DNA of 64,000 nucleotides from Eledone cirrhosa (GCA_964016885.1 OZ024755.1:8308001-8372000); one strand, 5' to 3'. Shown: positions 44,556 to 58,350, numbered from the stretch's first letter. Numbers and translations: made by a program. The notes: generated by a model from the sequence alone, not told the origin.

Positions 44556-44558
<3 letters not shown>
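43630..44558. mobile_element. PLE-like fold-back element: 145-bp perfect inverted arms (43630-43774, 44376-44520), 601-bp spacer, about 38-bp tail, in (TA)n
   Basis: Arms read as exact reverse complements; degenerate HHR on minus strand at 43752-43788; internal duplication of about 110-125 bp at 43851-44084. Confidence 0.8.
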
Positions 44559-44593
<35 letters not shown>

Positions 44594-46770
44594 TACATTA
44601 TGGAGTGAACCTAAACATCGAGTGCTCACGCGGGTGAACCTACAGTATCTCCAAGTTACACTCCCTGGATATATATTGATATATTGATAGATTGATTGAT
44701 AGATAGTTACTCTCTCTCTAAATATACAAATATGTGTGTATGTATATAGATTCACACATACTCTCTTCTTTCTCACTAGAGTGTGTGTGTGTGAGAGAGA
44801 CGATATATATATATGTGTGTGTGTGTGAGTGCTGCTTTATCAACATTTTGAACCGCTTTTGATTTACTACTATACACCATACAATTACATATAATAAAAT
44901 ACAAAATTTCTCACATCAATATTTCACAGCTGCTCCAAATATTTAAAGTATTTAGTTTATTATAGTTTCCAAATGATAATTACACGCAGAGTATTTAAAT
45001 TTAATACAATATGCCACTTTCATTGACTGGTCTTATACATGTAATGGTTCTTTACAATTTTATATTTATTCTTTCCAACTGTTACGTATGTCCAACTGTT
45101 CGTAGACATTCTGCTGCTAGCAAAAATGAAACTCAGTATGTTTTACTATTGCAATTCACTTGACTTACTAGCAAGATTACATTCGAATGGAAACAAGAAT
45201 AAAATATATACTAAAACTTTATTCCAAATCGGAAATTAAATATAACGTAATACTATTAATGCATATACAGTTTAATCGAGATTGCCTAAATATATATTTA
45301 CACATACGTATTCAGTACATACTAAATGTGTATATTCTTATACCTGTTTAATATATATTGAATATCTGTATTTGTATACACATTCACAAATACTGTACAA
45401 TATATTTACGGATATGTATTTATCGTATACATGTATATATCGTCTGTTTAGTGCACAGTTTAATATAAAATGATAATATGTATATAAAAACGTTAAAACA
45501 TTCAGAGGAACATTCATATAGAGTTTGAATCAAAGGAAAAAATACGATCGAAAGATATATTTCTTTGTATAAACATTGTGACGAAAAAATTGCAGCGATA
45601 TTTAGGAACTAAGATTAAATAAATATACAATATTGATTCATATAATGCTAAAATGAAAACTGGTATCTTGACATTAGAGGTCATTTAGAAAATAAAAGAA
45701 AGGTTATCAAATAATATGTGATGAACAAGAAATAGACAAGACTGAACAATAGAAAAAGTTAACGCATGATGAGATTCAATTCGAGTCAGTAATCTGAGCG
45801 CCGTGTAATCTCTTCCATTACAATTTCAATATGGCCTTATGGGAAAGGTTTCCTGTTGACATCACAAACGGAAATTAGAGATTTTATAGTTGGCTGAATA
45901 TTTTAAATTAAAATACAATTATGTCCTTTCTTTACAATACGATAAAAATATATTTCTCTCTATGTCGTTTTCCTTCGATCTTACATAATGATATTTTTAA
46001 CAGTTACAATGTACATTTTACAACGTAAAGTCTTTCCCGCAAAAATGTATGTCAGGCTTCTAACATTTGGTTGCTCTGCGTTTTAACATAATTACTATGA
46101 AGCCAACATCAATTAAAAATCAAATTGGAAGTGAAACTATAAATGTTAAACAAGCAAAACAGATTCATTTAATTGTGTTCATGACAGAAAATGAACAAAG
46201 ATACTATATTAATTAGCACCCAATTAACATAATTTGAATTGCATTCTTCAAATTAGAATAGCTAGATATATTGATGCTGTAATGATTGAATAATTAACCT
46301 ATTGTTTAGATTTTAAAAGAGAAACTCCTCAATATAGCCTAACTATAAATAATATAGTGATGATATATTATTTCCATGACAGGTAATCGGGTTTTAATGA
46401 TTATACAATCACGTCAATCACAATTGAGGGTTGTCCGTCGGTTTCTACGATGGACAACTTGCCGTTCAATTAATTGAGTACACCAAAAACACGTGTACCG
46501 GTAACATAGTTATTTTCAAACCAAATCAACACAACAAAGTATATATCAAGACTAGAGAGTTAAGTTATAGATACTATCGATCCGATAGGTTTTCGTACTG
46601 CATCCGTTACTGAATCTGGTCCACAAAACTACCTTTTTTCCCTCCACTTGTTATATATATATATAATGTAAAAGGGTTTAGATTGATATCTAGCGATCTC
46701 GATCTCGCGAGAGCGATCTCCTTAGATATAGCATGGAGGTGGCGATATAAGAATTAGATTAATAAATAAT

Positions 46771-46958
46771 TGTTTCTACTTTTTGGCACAAGGCCAAAAA
46801 TTACCCAGCGCATTACTGGTACTTTATTTTATAGACCCCGTAAGGATGAAAGGCAAAGTTAACCTCGGCGGGATTCGAACTCAGAATGGCAAGGGTCGTA
46901 ACTCTATGCGTCAAAGCATAGCATCCGACCCTCTACCGATACTGCCAATCCACCGCCC
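46771..46958 (-). mobile_element. Full-length tRNA-derived SINE (MetaSINE-like core) with 17-bp target-site duplication
   Basis: TSD TTAGATTAATAAATAAT at 46754-46770 and 46959-46975; B box GAGTTCGAATCC; core GCCTTTCATCCTTACGGGGTCTATAAAATAAAGTACCAG. Confidence 0.85.
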
Positions 46959-47478
46959 TTAGATTAATAAATAATGATATTGATATTTACCAAGACGTGG
47001 TTTCGAGCTAGCCAGACTGTCTATTGCATTTCCATTCCAAATAAATACGTAACATTTAATTACGAAAGTAATCCTTGATTAGCCAAATCTCTTCAGTAGT
47101 TTCGTCATGTTTTTCCATCTCAGAATAACCCGGCGGCCTTCGTCACAGACACCATCACCTCTAGCTGGATATTAGTAGCAGTATGTATCACCTAATATAG
47201 AAGGTCACTGTAACGACTCCTCTCTTGGATATGGGATAGCAGGAATGAAGAAAATATTCACTCTTGGCATCAGAAGCACAAACTAGATTATGGAACGGTT
47301 TAGATACTAGGAGTAAAAATATATGCATGTCCTTTGGAATAGAATGACTCTATAAAGTCCTGGGATACTATAGATATTTGTCATTTTAAAATAAGTAATC
47401 ACTCACACAATCACAGATACAGTATATATATATAAACTCTCTCTCTCTGTCCCCCCCTCTCTCTCTATATATATATAT

Positions 47479-47509
<31 letters not shown>

Positions 47510-47538
47510 CACATATATATATACACACACATATACAC

Positions 47539-47637
<99 letters not shown>

Positions 47638-47662
47638 CATACATACATATATACATATATGT

Positions 47663-47701
<39 letters not shown>

Positions 47702-47708
<7 letters not shown>

Positions 47709-48018
47709 AAAAGATAACAAGGAAGATTGGTTACTCCTTCATTACATTTATTGGTAGGTGACGCGCGTTTCGCCACAGATCAGCTCAAGGTTCGATCTGT
47801 ATCGATCTTACCCGACTCTATAATCCGCAGCTCGATGAACCCCTTAAAATGCAAGTAGAAAATGAAACCCTACCAATAAATGAAATGAAGGAGTAACCAA
47901 TCGTCCTTGTTATCTTTTCAATATAATACACTCTGTCTAGCTCTACACCTCGACACAGAAGTGAACCTAAACATCTAGTGGTCTCTCGGGTGAACCTACA
48001 GTAACACCAAGTTACACT

Positions 48019-48021
<3 letters not shown>
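47702..48021. mobile_element. Fold-back element: 57-bp arms (47702-47758, 47869-47925), HHR 3' half in the loop, ~100-bp tail, in (TA)n
   Basis: Arms differ at about 2 positions; minus strand reads GGCGAA-ACGCGCGU-C-ACCUACCAAUAAA. Confidence 0.8.
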
Positions 48022-48074
<53 letters not shown>

Positions 48075-48997
48075 CATACATACATATGCATATATCTGTG
48101 TGTGTGAATATTTCATAAGTTCTATTAAATACGAAAATCCTAGTATTCTCGTCAATCGTATAGTTTCGCAGCTATAATAAAATAGTGTATGTTTTTGATG
48201 AGAGAGAAGCAACAGTTTATCTTCTATGCATGTCAAAACGGTCTATATAGAATATCTCTATGATATTAATATAATTGTGATTGTTCACATTCATCTGTTC
48301 ACAGTAATATATTATATTATTCACCATTACGTCGATTGCATGTTAACCAACCTTCAGTTCCATCGACGAAATGTCTGCCTCGTAGCATATAGGCAAACTA
48401 ATATATATATAAATAAATAATTACTGGTTCTATAAATCAAGACGTCATTGTGATTTGCGCCAACTTTGCTGCATGTAATCGAAAGGGAAATTCAATTGTC
48501 TTCAATTTCCATCTATAGCTCATATAGTTTCATATAAAATGTATCTTTCTTAGTCTCAGCTTTTCGTCACGTAAAGAATTTGATTGAAATAACCTAGTCA
48601 AATTCTGCTGACAGAATCGCCAGCTTTATGCTGATTTTCACAATGGCTTTTATACAGCCTAAATGATCAGAATCAGCAGTAATGTTACAAGTCAACTGTC
48701 ATTTCATTTCTTTTTGCTATTTGCTGTGGTACCAAGATTAGTTTTGTCAATACAAATCTTTAGAAAATCTCTCACATTATATATGACTCGGGCATGTTGC
48801 AGGGAATTCAATCGCGTGAAGAATATTCAACAAGTTTCATTTGATTAGAAACAGGAGAAGGAATCAGAAATAACTCAGAATGATACGTCGTTGAATCGGT
48901 GGGCATGCTGACATACACATGCGCACACATATATGCTTGTGTGTGAATACATATGAGCTTATACACACACAAATGTATATATACATATATATATACA

Positions 48998-49034
<37 letters not shown>

Positions 49035-50829
49035 ACATTTCAAAGAATATAAAGAGACAGAGAGAGTTAAAGGTTTAGATATGTATGCCTGATCGATAAA
49101 GGAACGTATCGAAAACGTTTTGTTATGTTTGTAGTTAAGGGGGTTTATTAGATTTTGGGATAGACAGTTAAAATGTGGAGATGAAATCTGTCAGTCTGTC
49201 ACTATGACTGTCTGTTTCACACTCTTTTATACATACATGTATATATATACACCCATGTATATATACACCCATTCTCACAGACATATATACTGATATCCTC
49301 AGTGTACATATAAACAACCATGTTTGCGCATGTGTATGAATAAACATTGCTATTTTATCTAATTTATATAATTTGAATGTATACACTCACGCACATATAC
49401 ACAGCCACACACACATATATATATATAGAGAGAGAGATAGATAGATACACATGTGTGTGTATGTGAACTGTGAATGTTTGGTTGTGCATGAGCGAATGTA
49501 TAGATATTCATGTGTGTGTGTTCCAATAATTTGTGAAGAGTTTATACGACGGCGCATGTTTGTGTGCGTGTGTTAATATACAGATACGTTAGTAGAATAT
49601 ATATCATTAAACCTCTAACATGATCTTCTATTTAACTTCTTGTATATTCCCAAAGAAAGAATCCACCATTACATTAAACTAATGAATGCGGCATCTTCTC
49701 AGCTTTTGTATGAAGCTTGCCATCACTTTCCATCTCACAATGTTAGCTAGTGTAAAGGAATGTTTTCCCATGTTACAAGCAGTTTAAGGAGTAAGTAGCA
49801 AATCAATTATTTTTTTTTCTGGCAAATTCCTTGAATTTCTTAAATGGAAATCGATAGGAAATCGTGATTGAGAAAATATTAACATGTATAGAAAGCGTTC
49901 TAATGAATAGAAAATGTATTTGATTTGCCGTTACTTGCATAAATATCTCCGGGCAATCGCAATAAATCCTTTGAAAGAAATACAGAAAAGTGTTTCTTTT
50001 GATTGCATTTCCCGTCTAAAAAAACTGTTCTTGGACATTTAATACCATGATTAGCATTATTAATACTGAGAAATGGCAGAGTTTAAGGTAGGTCAGGAGT
50101 AATAAATATTTCTGTTAAAGCTAATGATTAAATGATACTTGGTTTCAAAGCGAGATTACGAAAGGTTAAGCTTTAATAGATTAACCGAGGTCGTTGTTGA
50201 TGATATGATATCAAATTGCATCATAATGTAATGTTTCTTTTCCTCATAAATATGGAAGGTAAAGAGATATTAAACTCTAGGTAATTATCATGAATACACT
50301 CGTATAGCAGCCCAACATACTGTCAGCCGTCATGACCGGTTTGGGTTTTCTAATAAAGTCGTTTTAATTAACATATACTATTAGATGAAATATAACAAAA
50401 ATATAAAAAATAAAAATTGAAAGGAAATTCACCATTATGATTTCTTTTGTACGCAATGAAAACAGACCTTTGGTTCTAAATACTGTTCTTAACCCAAAAG
50501 TAATTAATATCATAATACAATGAAATTGAGAATATTTGATTAATTACCTGTAACAGGTTGTCGGTCCATGAAAATATTAGAAAAGTCTGTAATATAACAA
50601 ATGTATTGATAGAGAGAAACTAGTCTCGGACACACACACACATATATATATATATACCATCACAAGAATACATACATATATACATTCAAACCAATCGCTC
50701 ATCTGTCTCTCTCTCTATATATCTATCTCTCTCTCTGCGTGTCACTGCGATTTACTTAGAATTAGGAGCTTCAAAGCACATATCTTTTCTTTGAAAATAT
50801 TGTAGCAAATTGTGTATAAAAGGTTCACC

Positions 50830-51190
50830 AGAGGTTCTAATTTCAAATACCACCGAGGTTAGCTTTGTCTTTCATCGTTACGGGGTCGATAAATAAAGTA
50901 CCAGTAACGCACTGGTGTCAATTGAATAGGCTTTCACCACCAATTCAAATTGCTGGCCTTGTGCCAAATACAGAAACAATTATTATTAGCAGTTGTCGAA
51001 TTAGTAGTAGTAGTAGAACTACTAGTAGTAATAATCGAGAGGCAGTGATGATTGTAGTAGAAATATTATTATTTTCATCTCGCGAGGTTAACTTTGCCTT
51101 TCATCCTTACGGGATCTATAAAATAAAGTACCAGTAATACACTGGAATAATTGCTGGCCTTGTGCCAAAAGTAGAAACAATTATTATTTT
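50830..51190 (+). mobile_element. Two partial copies of the MetaSINE-like SINE
   Basis: CGAGGTTA(G/A)CTTTG..TTTCATC..ATAAAGTACCAG..TTGCTGGCCTTGTGCCAAA at about 50830-50985 and 51078-51188; a 3' fragment also at 62895-62960. Confidence 0.8.
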
Positions 51191-51770
51191 TATTATCAAT
51201 AGTAGTATTAGGTTTTCGAGTGCGTTCTACAGAATGTCCATATATATTCTTTTATAAAAATTAGATTTCGTTTCGCTTCCATTCTTTTTTTTTTACTCAT
51301 TCATATTTAATATTCAGTTTTCTCAAAACAATCACCAGAAACATACAGATACTTATGATTTCCTGTAGTGAGTGGCGTGGTGTATGTGAAAGTATTATTG
51401 TGTATTCGCTTCAGTATTTTATTCTCTATTATTAATATTCAGGCAAAATTAGTATTCTGTTCAAAATCCTACGTATATTGAACTAAACTTTTTTCTGTAT
51501 GTAAATTCACTATTTTAAAATTTCTTTGGTTATTTTGAGAGGAGATCTAATACACTGATGATCGAAAATATTCTCATTTGGTGATATTATGTTCCTATGC
51601 AAGACATACCCGAATGGTTGCATCAAAATAGACTCGGCTAAATTCACCAAATGACCAAATGGTGGTGTTCAACTGGGTGAAGGATATATATTACTCATCT
51701 ACTTCCTCATAAGCGTGATACTGATAAGAATTTGTGGTTTTGCATCTATGTGTTTGTGTAGTCATTTCTT

Positions 51771-51831
<61 letters not shown>

Positions 51832-51964
51832 GTAAGAGAAGTTAAGACTTCACCATAATTGCTTTATTGCATGGTATATATTTCTGTTACTTGGTTATGG
51901 GTTATGCATGTGACTTCATCAGAAGTTTATACTATCATAGGTGTTATTATGCAATCCTGGGGAT

Positions 51965-51996
<32 letters not shown>

Positions 51997-52004
51997 ATAT
52001 ATAC

Positions 52005-52630
<626 letters not shown>

Positions 52631-52651
52631 ATATATATATATATATACATG

Positions 52652-52689
<38 letters not shown>

Positions 52690-52705
52690 CATATCTATCT
52701 ATCTA

Positions 52706-52940
52706 TCTAAGGCGGATAAAATTCCCGAGATCCATGGACGAGTTCTCTCCAGCTGTCTCTGTCCCTCATTATCGCTGCCATATCCTGCATCTGCAACAGA
52801 CCAGTGTCTGTCCTTAGGGCATCAACATATGTTAACCTTGGTCTTCCTCTTCTAGTGTGTCCATGTAGGGGCTCCCAAAGGAGCACTGAGTGCAATGTCA
52901 ACTCTGGATGTCGGTGAGCATGTCCAGCCAATCTCAGTTG
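52706..52940 (-). pseudogene. Second, shorter copy of the same RTE 3' fragment
   Basis: Highly similar to 52244-52476 with the same 3' end, offset 462 bp. Confidence 0.85.
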
Positions 52941-53811
<871 letters not shown>

Positions 53812-53818
<7 letters not shown>

Positions 53819-53959
53819 CAGACGTACAGTAGTATGTACATACATGCACACATATAGATATATGCACGTATCGGTTTACCGAACATTTATAATGCATATA
53901 TATATGTGTGTGCATGTATGTATATATATACATACATACTACTGTACGTCTGTATACAT
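53812..53959. repeat. Hairpin / inverted repeat
   Basis: ATGTATACAGACGTACAGTAGTATGTA / TACATACTACTGTACGTCTGTATACAT, with an inner TCGGT-TT-ACCGA hairpin. Confidence 0.8.
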
Positions 53960-54069
53960 GTATGTATGTACGTATATATACATACATACTTACATTTAAG
54001 TAACTGCCGTACTAAGAGTGAGAAATGAAATTTCGTTTCATTATATTCCATTTATATATATATATATAC

Positions 54070-54147
<78 letters not shown>

Positions 54148-54573
54148 GTATATATATTGTTCGTAGTAATCTACGATACAGATTAGTAGACATATGGGAA
54201 GACTAATTTGCATATTCCGTATTATATTAAGAAACTCTGAATCAGTTGCAACTTATTTGTATAGTTACAGCTTCTGAAATACTACCTCGCAGTACTGAAT
54301 AATTCTATTCTATATTCGGCTGTTTGAATTTACAATGAATGTATTAATTAACTACATAAAACCCTCGTCTTTAATTTTAATAGTCTTCCTGAATAATTCA
54401 TCTACTTGAATATTATTTCGTTTGCCTGTCGATAACGTTACCTTTGGAAGCTATTAGAAAGGCACTACTTGACGTATGCTAAATCTATTTGAACTATGAA
54501 CACTTAAAGTTTCCAGACGCCATGTTGCATATTTCTCATACAAGCGTCAAGATCCTTGAATTGGCTATCTTAT

Positions 54574-54653
54574 TCTTCTCCCCCTTCTCCTTCTTCTTCT
54601 TCTTCTTCTTCTTCTCATCCTTCTCCTTCTTCTTCTTCTTCTTCTTCTTCTTC
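54574..54653. repeat. (CTT)n microsatellite
   Basis: Read directly. Confidence 0.9.
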
Positions 54654-55715
54654 GACGTCGTATCTGATGAACACTAGGAAGTTCTTTGAAACGGAATTAT
54701 TCCAGAAGTAAAAGTTTAAATACTTCCTTGGATTTGTTCATAGAGAATATTCCACAGCAGACATATCCAGGACACATATAACCAATACAAATATATGTCA
54801 GTAATACATATTTCACATATTTCTGTAATGGAATATGTGACCTAAAATATAATACCTTATTTTCCTGCACCTTTTTATATTAACTTTTACAATGAAATAG
54901 AATGTGACCCGAAACAGCAATCGATTATTAATCATTCCTTAATGTCCTCTATTCGAATCGGAGATATCGATTATACCCCATACAAGTGCCTGGCGATTAG
55001 AACGCCAACGACACAGAATATAATAGAGATCGTTAACATTTTTTCTTGCGGAAACCTATGGGAAAAGAAGAGATGAAATTTACTATGTTGTTTAGTGTAG
55101 GTCCGTCTTTGTTTACCATTGTTTCATTCAAACCACGCGGGAAACATTCCAATCAATTATTGAAAGTAATTATAAATTATGCCGTGATTACCAATGGTGT
55201 TGTTAAGGAAGTTGACGTGGTTATTATTGTTATAGTTATTGTCAGTATAGTGACGAATGCATTTCAAATACCATTATTAACAAAACGCCCATTACCATTT
55301 GGTATTTTTTGTTATTAAAGGAGAAGTCTTTCGCAGCCAAGGTTGCGATCAGGTGAAAGTAGTCAGAATTGATTAATTAGGTATACAATTCCAATAGATC
55401 ATCTAAAATCGATACACTAACTGTGCTCTGAAATGATTTACCGCACCTTGACAACAGCGCTCACCCCATTCATTATATATTTAAAGAATGAAACTGATTG
55501 TCGTCATCTAGTAATTCATTGGAAGGGAATTAGGCGAAGTTTATCTTATACACTTAGAGAAATGTCATTATTTTTTCATGATTGCTGAATGACTACTCCA
55601 ATAATAGTATGTTGATAGTTGACACTAACACAAATAGACATACGCATATATATACGCATATATATATATATAAGAAAAAAATGGCGTAGACATACAATAC
55701 AACAGGAGGAATATA

Positions 55716-55769
55716 ATAGTACCACTGATGATGTTGCAGATGTGCAACGAAAGAACTTTGTTAGACTAT
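55716..55769 (+). ncRNA. Degenerate hammerhead motif
   Basis: CUGAUGA-U-GUUGCA(GAUG)UGCAAC-GAAA intact; stems I and III decayed. Confidence 0.45.
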
Positions 55770-56010
55770 ATATATGTGTTTATACCTATATTATATCTGT
55801 ATTTTTGACCGTTGGTCAGTCAATGATAAATATTGAGGAGCAAATTAATTAGCTGTGGAGATATAAAATATACAGAAGCGAAAACCAACCAAACAATGAG
55901 TGTGTTCTGTTATTATTTCTGGCAATATTATTACAATATGACCCTCCCCAAGTATAACTATATATAACACACACACACACACACACATGTATACATATAT
56001 ATATATATAT

Positions 56011-56349
56011 ATAAATGTAATCTGAGTTTTTCGAATATTAATAATAACATTCGATTCGTTTGCAATTATGCAAACAAGCCTCAATGTTATAGCCGTGTCA
56101 CTAGCTCTGACAGTTGGGCAGGTGAAACGTGAGCTGTACTGATGAAGGGTGATACCCAGAAACATTAGTGTTTGCAGTTCTGTTCGCATGCCAACACAAG
56201 AGCAAGAATGAAGTATTCATTCCACTGACATGGCTATACAATTAAGGCTTGTTTTCCTAATTGCAAACGAATCGAATGTTATTATTAATATTCGATAAAC
56301 TCAGATTACATTTATTGTATTCAGCCATGTAGAGCGAAAATATTCTTTA
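56011..56349. mobile_element. Fold-back element: 90-bp arms (56011-56100, 56226-56315), intact HHR in the loop, about 34-bp tail, in (TA)n
   Basis: ATAAATGTAATCTGAGTTT..TCGAATATTAATAATAACATTCGATTCGTTTGCAATTA and its reverse complement. Confidence 0.85.
56131..56180 (+). ncRNA. Type I hammerhead ribozyme
   Basis: GAGCUGUA-CUGAUGA-A-GGGU(GAU)ACCC-A-GAA-ACAU(UA)GUGU-U-UGCAGUUC; 8-bp stem I with two G.U pairs. Confidence 0.75.
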
Positions 56350-56426
56350 TATATATATATATAACTAGTTCGGATCTAGCCGTGAAAAACAAGCCGAAGT
56401 TCAGCCGTCCGAGTCCTGACTCTTTA

Positions 56427-56464
<38 letters not shown>

Positions 56465-56530
56465 GAAGAGAGAAGAAACATTTAGATATAATTAGTAATA
56501 AAATGTATCATACCTAAACTGTTCCTAAAT

Positions 56531-56618
56531 TCCTCGACTACGTAGTTTCGTGGCATAAACAAAAACAATATATCAAAGATATAGAGTCCTTGCGAGGTCT
56601 GCCGACTTATCAAGAGGA
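56531..56618 (-). ncRNA. Type I hammerhead ribozyme, U3-A8 variant core
   Basis: Reverse complement of the motif at 58263-58350. Confidence 0.8.
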
Positions 56619-57121
56619 TACCTCATTTTACTAGTCTCAAGAACGCGTCTACACGACGTGAGAAAGAATCCCAAAAGGCGGAGGGGGAGATAGTCACGCG
56701 ATATAACGGTCGAGAAACAGAGCTAAGCCTCTTATAACCACGAAAAAAATACCACGGAGGCGGAGGGGGTATTCATATCGAGGCCGTAGAAGAGGTAGTG
56801 AAGAAGGCGAGAAGTATGAGTAATGGAAGCTTTCCAGTTGTCCCCACACTTCAAAGATTGCTCGACCAGAGGGAGTTATTAATACATTTAGAAACACACA
56901 GATACATGCGGACACACACATATATACATGAATGCATCCGCACCCAACTGTGAGTTAAGGGTGCCAACTTCACTGATGTTGCTCAATGAATGACTGGGAC
57001 AGACCAATTCAGTTTGAACCAGACTGAACCAGTATCAGAGTTAAAAATACATTATGAAGAGAGAAGAAACATTTAGATATAATTAGTAATAAAATGTATC
57101 ATACCTAAACTGTTCCTAAAT

Positions 57122-57209
57122 TCCTCGACTACGTAGTTTCGTGGCATAAACAAAAACAATATATCAAAGATATAGAGTCCTTGCGAGGTCTGCCGACTTA
57201 TCAAGAGGA
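57122..57209 (-). ncRNA. Type I hammerhead ribozyme, U3-A8 variant core
   Basis: Reverse complement of the motif at 58263-58350. Confidence 0.8.
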
Positions 57210-57679
57210 TACCTCATTTTACTAGTCTCAAGAACGCGTCTACACGACGTGAGAAAGAATCCCAAAAGGCGGAGGGGGAGATAGTCACGCGATATAACGG
57301 TCGAGAAACAGAGCTAAGCCTCTTATAACCACGAAAAAAATACCACGGAGGCGGAGGGGGTATTCATATCGAGGCCGTAGAAGAGGTAGTGAAGAAGGCG
57401 AGAAGTATGAGTAATGGAAGCTTTCCAGTTGTCCCCACACTTCAAAGATTGCTCGACCAGAGGGAGTTATTAATACATTTAGAAACACACAGATACATGC
57501 GGACACACACATATATACATGAATGCATCCGCACCCAACTGTGAGTTAAGGGTGCCAACTTCACTGATGTTGCTCAATGAATGACTGGGACAGACCAATT
57601 CAGTTTGAACCAGACTGAACCAGTATCAGAGTTAAAAATACATTATGAAGAGAGAAGAAACATTTAGATATAATTAGTA

Positions 57680-57759
57680 ATAAGTCGGCAGACCTCGCAA
57701 GGACTCTATATCTTTGATATATTGTTTTTGTTTATGCCACGAAACTACGTAGTCGAGGA
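57680..57759 (+). ncRNA. 5'-truncated hammerhead at the inversion junction
   Basis: Lacks the 5' strand of stem I and the UUG of the core; starts at AUAA-GUCGGCA. Confidence 0.7.
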
Positions 57760-58262
57760 ATTTAGGAACAGTTTAGGTATGATACATTTTATTACTAATT
57801 ATATCTAAATGTTTCTTCTCTCTTCATAATGTATTTTTAACTCTGATACTGGTTCAGTCTGGTTCAAACTGAATTGGTCTGTCCCAGTCATTCATTGAGC
57901 AACATCAGTGAAGTTGGCACCCTTAACTCACAGTTGGGTGCGGATGCATTCATGTATATATGTGTGTGTCCGCATGTATCTGTGTGTTTCTAAATGTATT
58001 AATAACTCCCTCTGGTCGAACAATCTTTGAAGTGTGGGGACAACTGGAAAGCTTCCATTACTCATACTTCTCGCCTTCTTCACTACCTCTTCTACGGCCT
58101 CGATATGAATACCCCCTCCGCCTCCGTGGTATTTTTTTCGTGGTTATAAGAGGCTTAGCTCTGTTTCTCGACCGTTATATCGCGTGACTATCTCCCCCTC
58201 CGCCTTTTGGGATTCTTTCTCACGTCGTGTAGACGCGCTCTTGAGACTAGTAAAATGAGGTA

Positions 58263-58350
58263 TCCTCTTGATAAGTCGGCAGACCTCGCAAGGACTCTAT
58301 ATCTTTGATATATTGTTTTTGTTTATGCCACGAAACTACGTAGTCGAGGA
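58263..58350 (+). ncRNA. Type I hammerhead ribozyme, U3-A8 variant core
   Basis: Stem I UCCUC/GAGGA; core UUGAUAA 58268-58274; stem II GU(C)GGCA/UGCCAC closing a 44-nt insert; GAA-ACUACGUAGU-C; predicted cleavage after C58345. Confidence 0.8.

Noticed and set aside
51870-51926. Minus-strand CUGAUGA...GAAAUAUAUA motif
   Set aside because: Stem I cannot pair and stem II is mismatched; at best a decayed HHR, not called
54664-54710. CUGAUGA...GAAACGGAAU motif
   Set aside because: No consistent stem II, NUH triplet or stem I
57960-58187. 75-aa ORF repeated in every 591-bp unit (unit length divisible by 3)
   Set aside because: Starts in a TG/TA microsatellite-like patch, has no recognisable domain and ends in a stop; identity between copies reflects recent amplification, not selection. 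Not formally excluded without ribosome profiling
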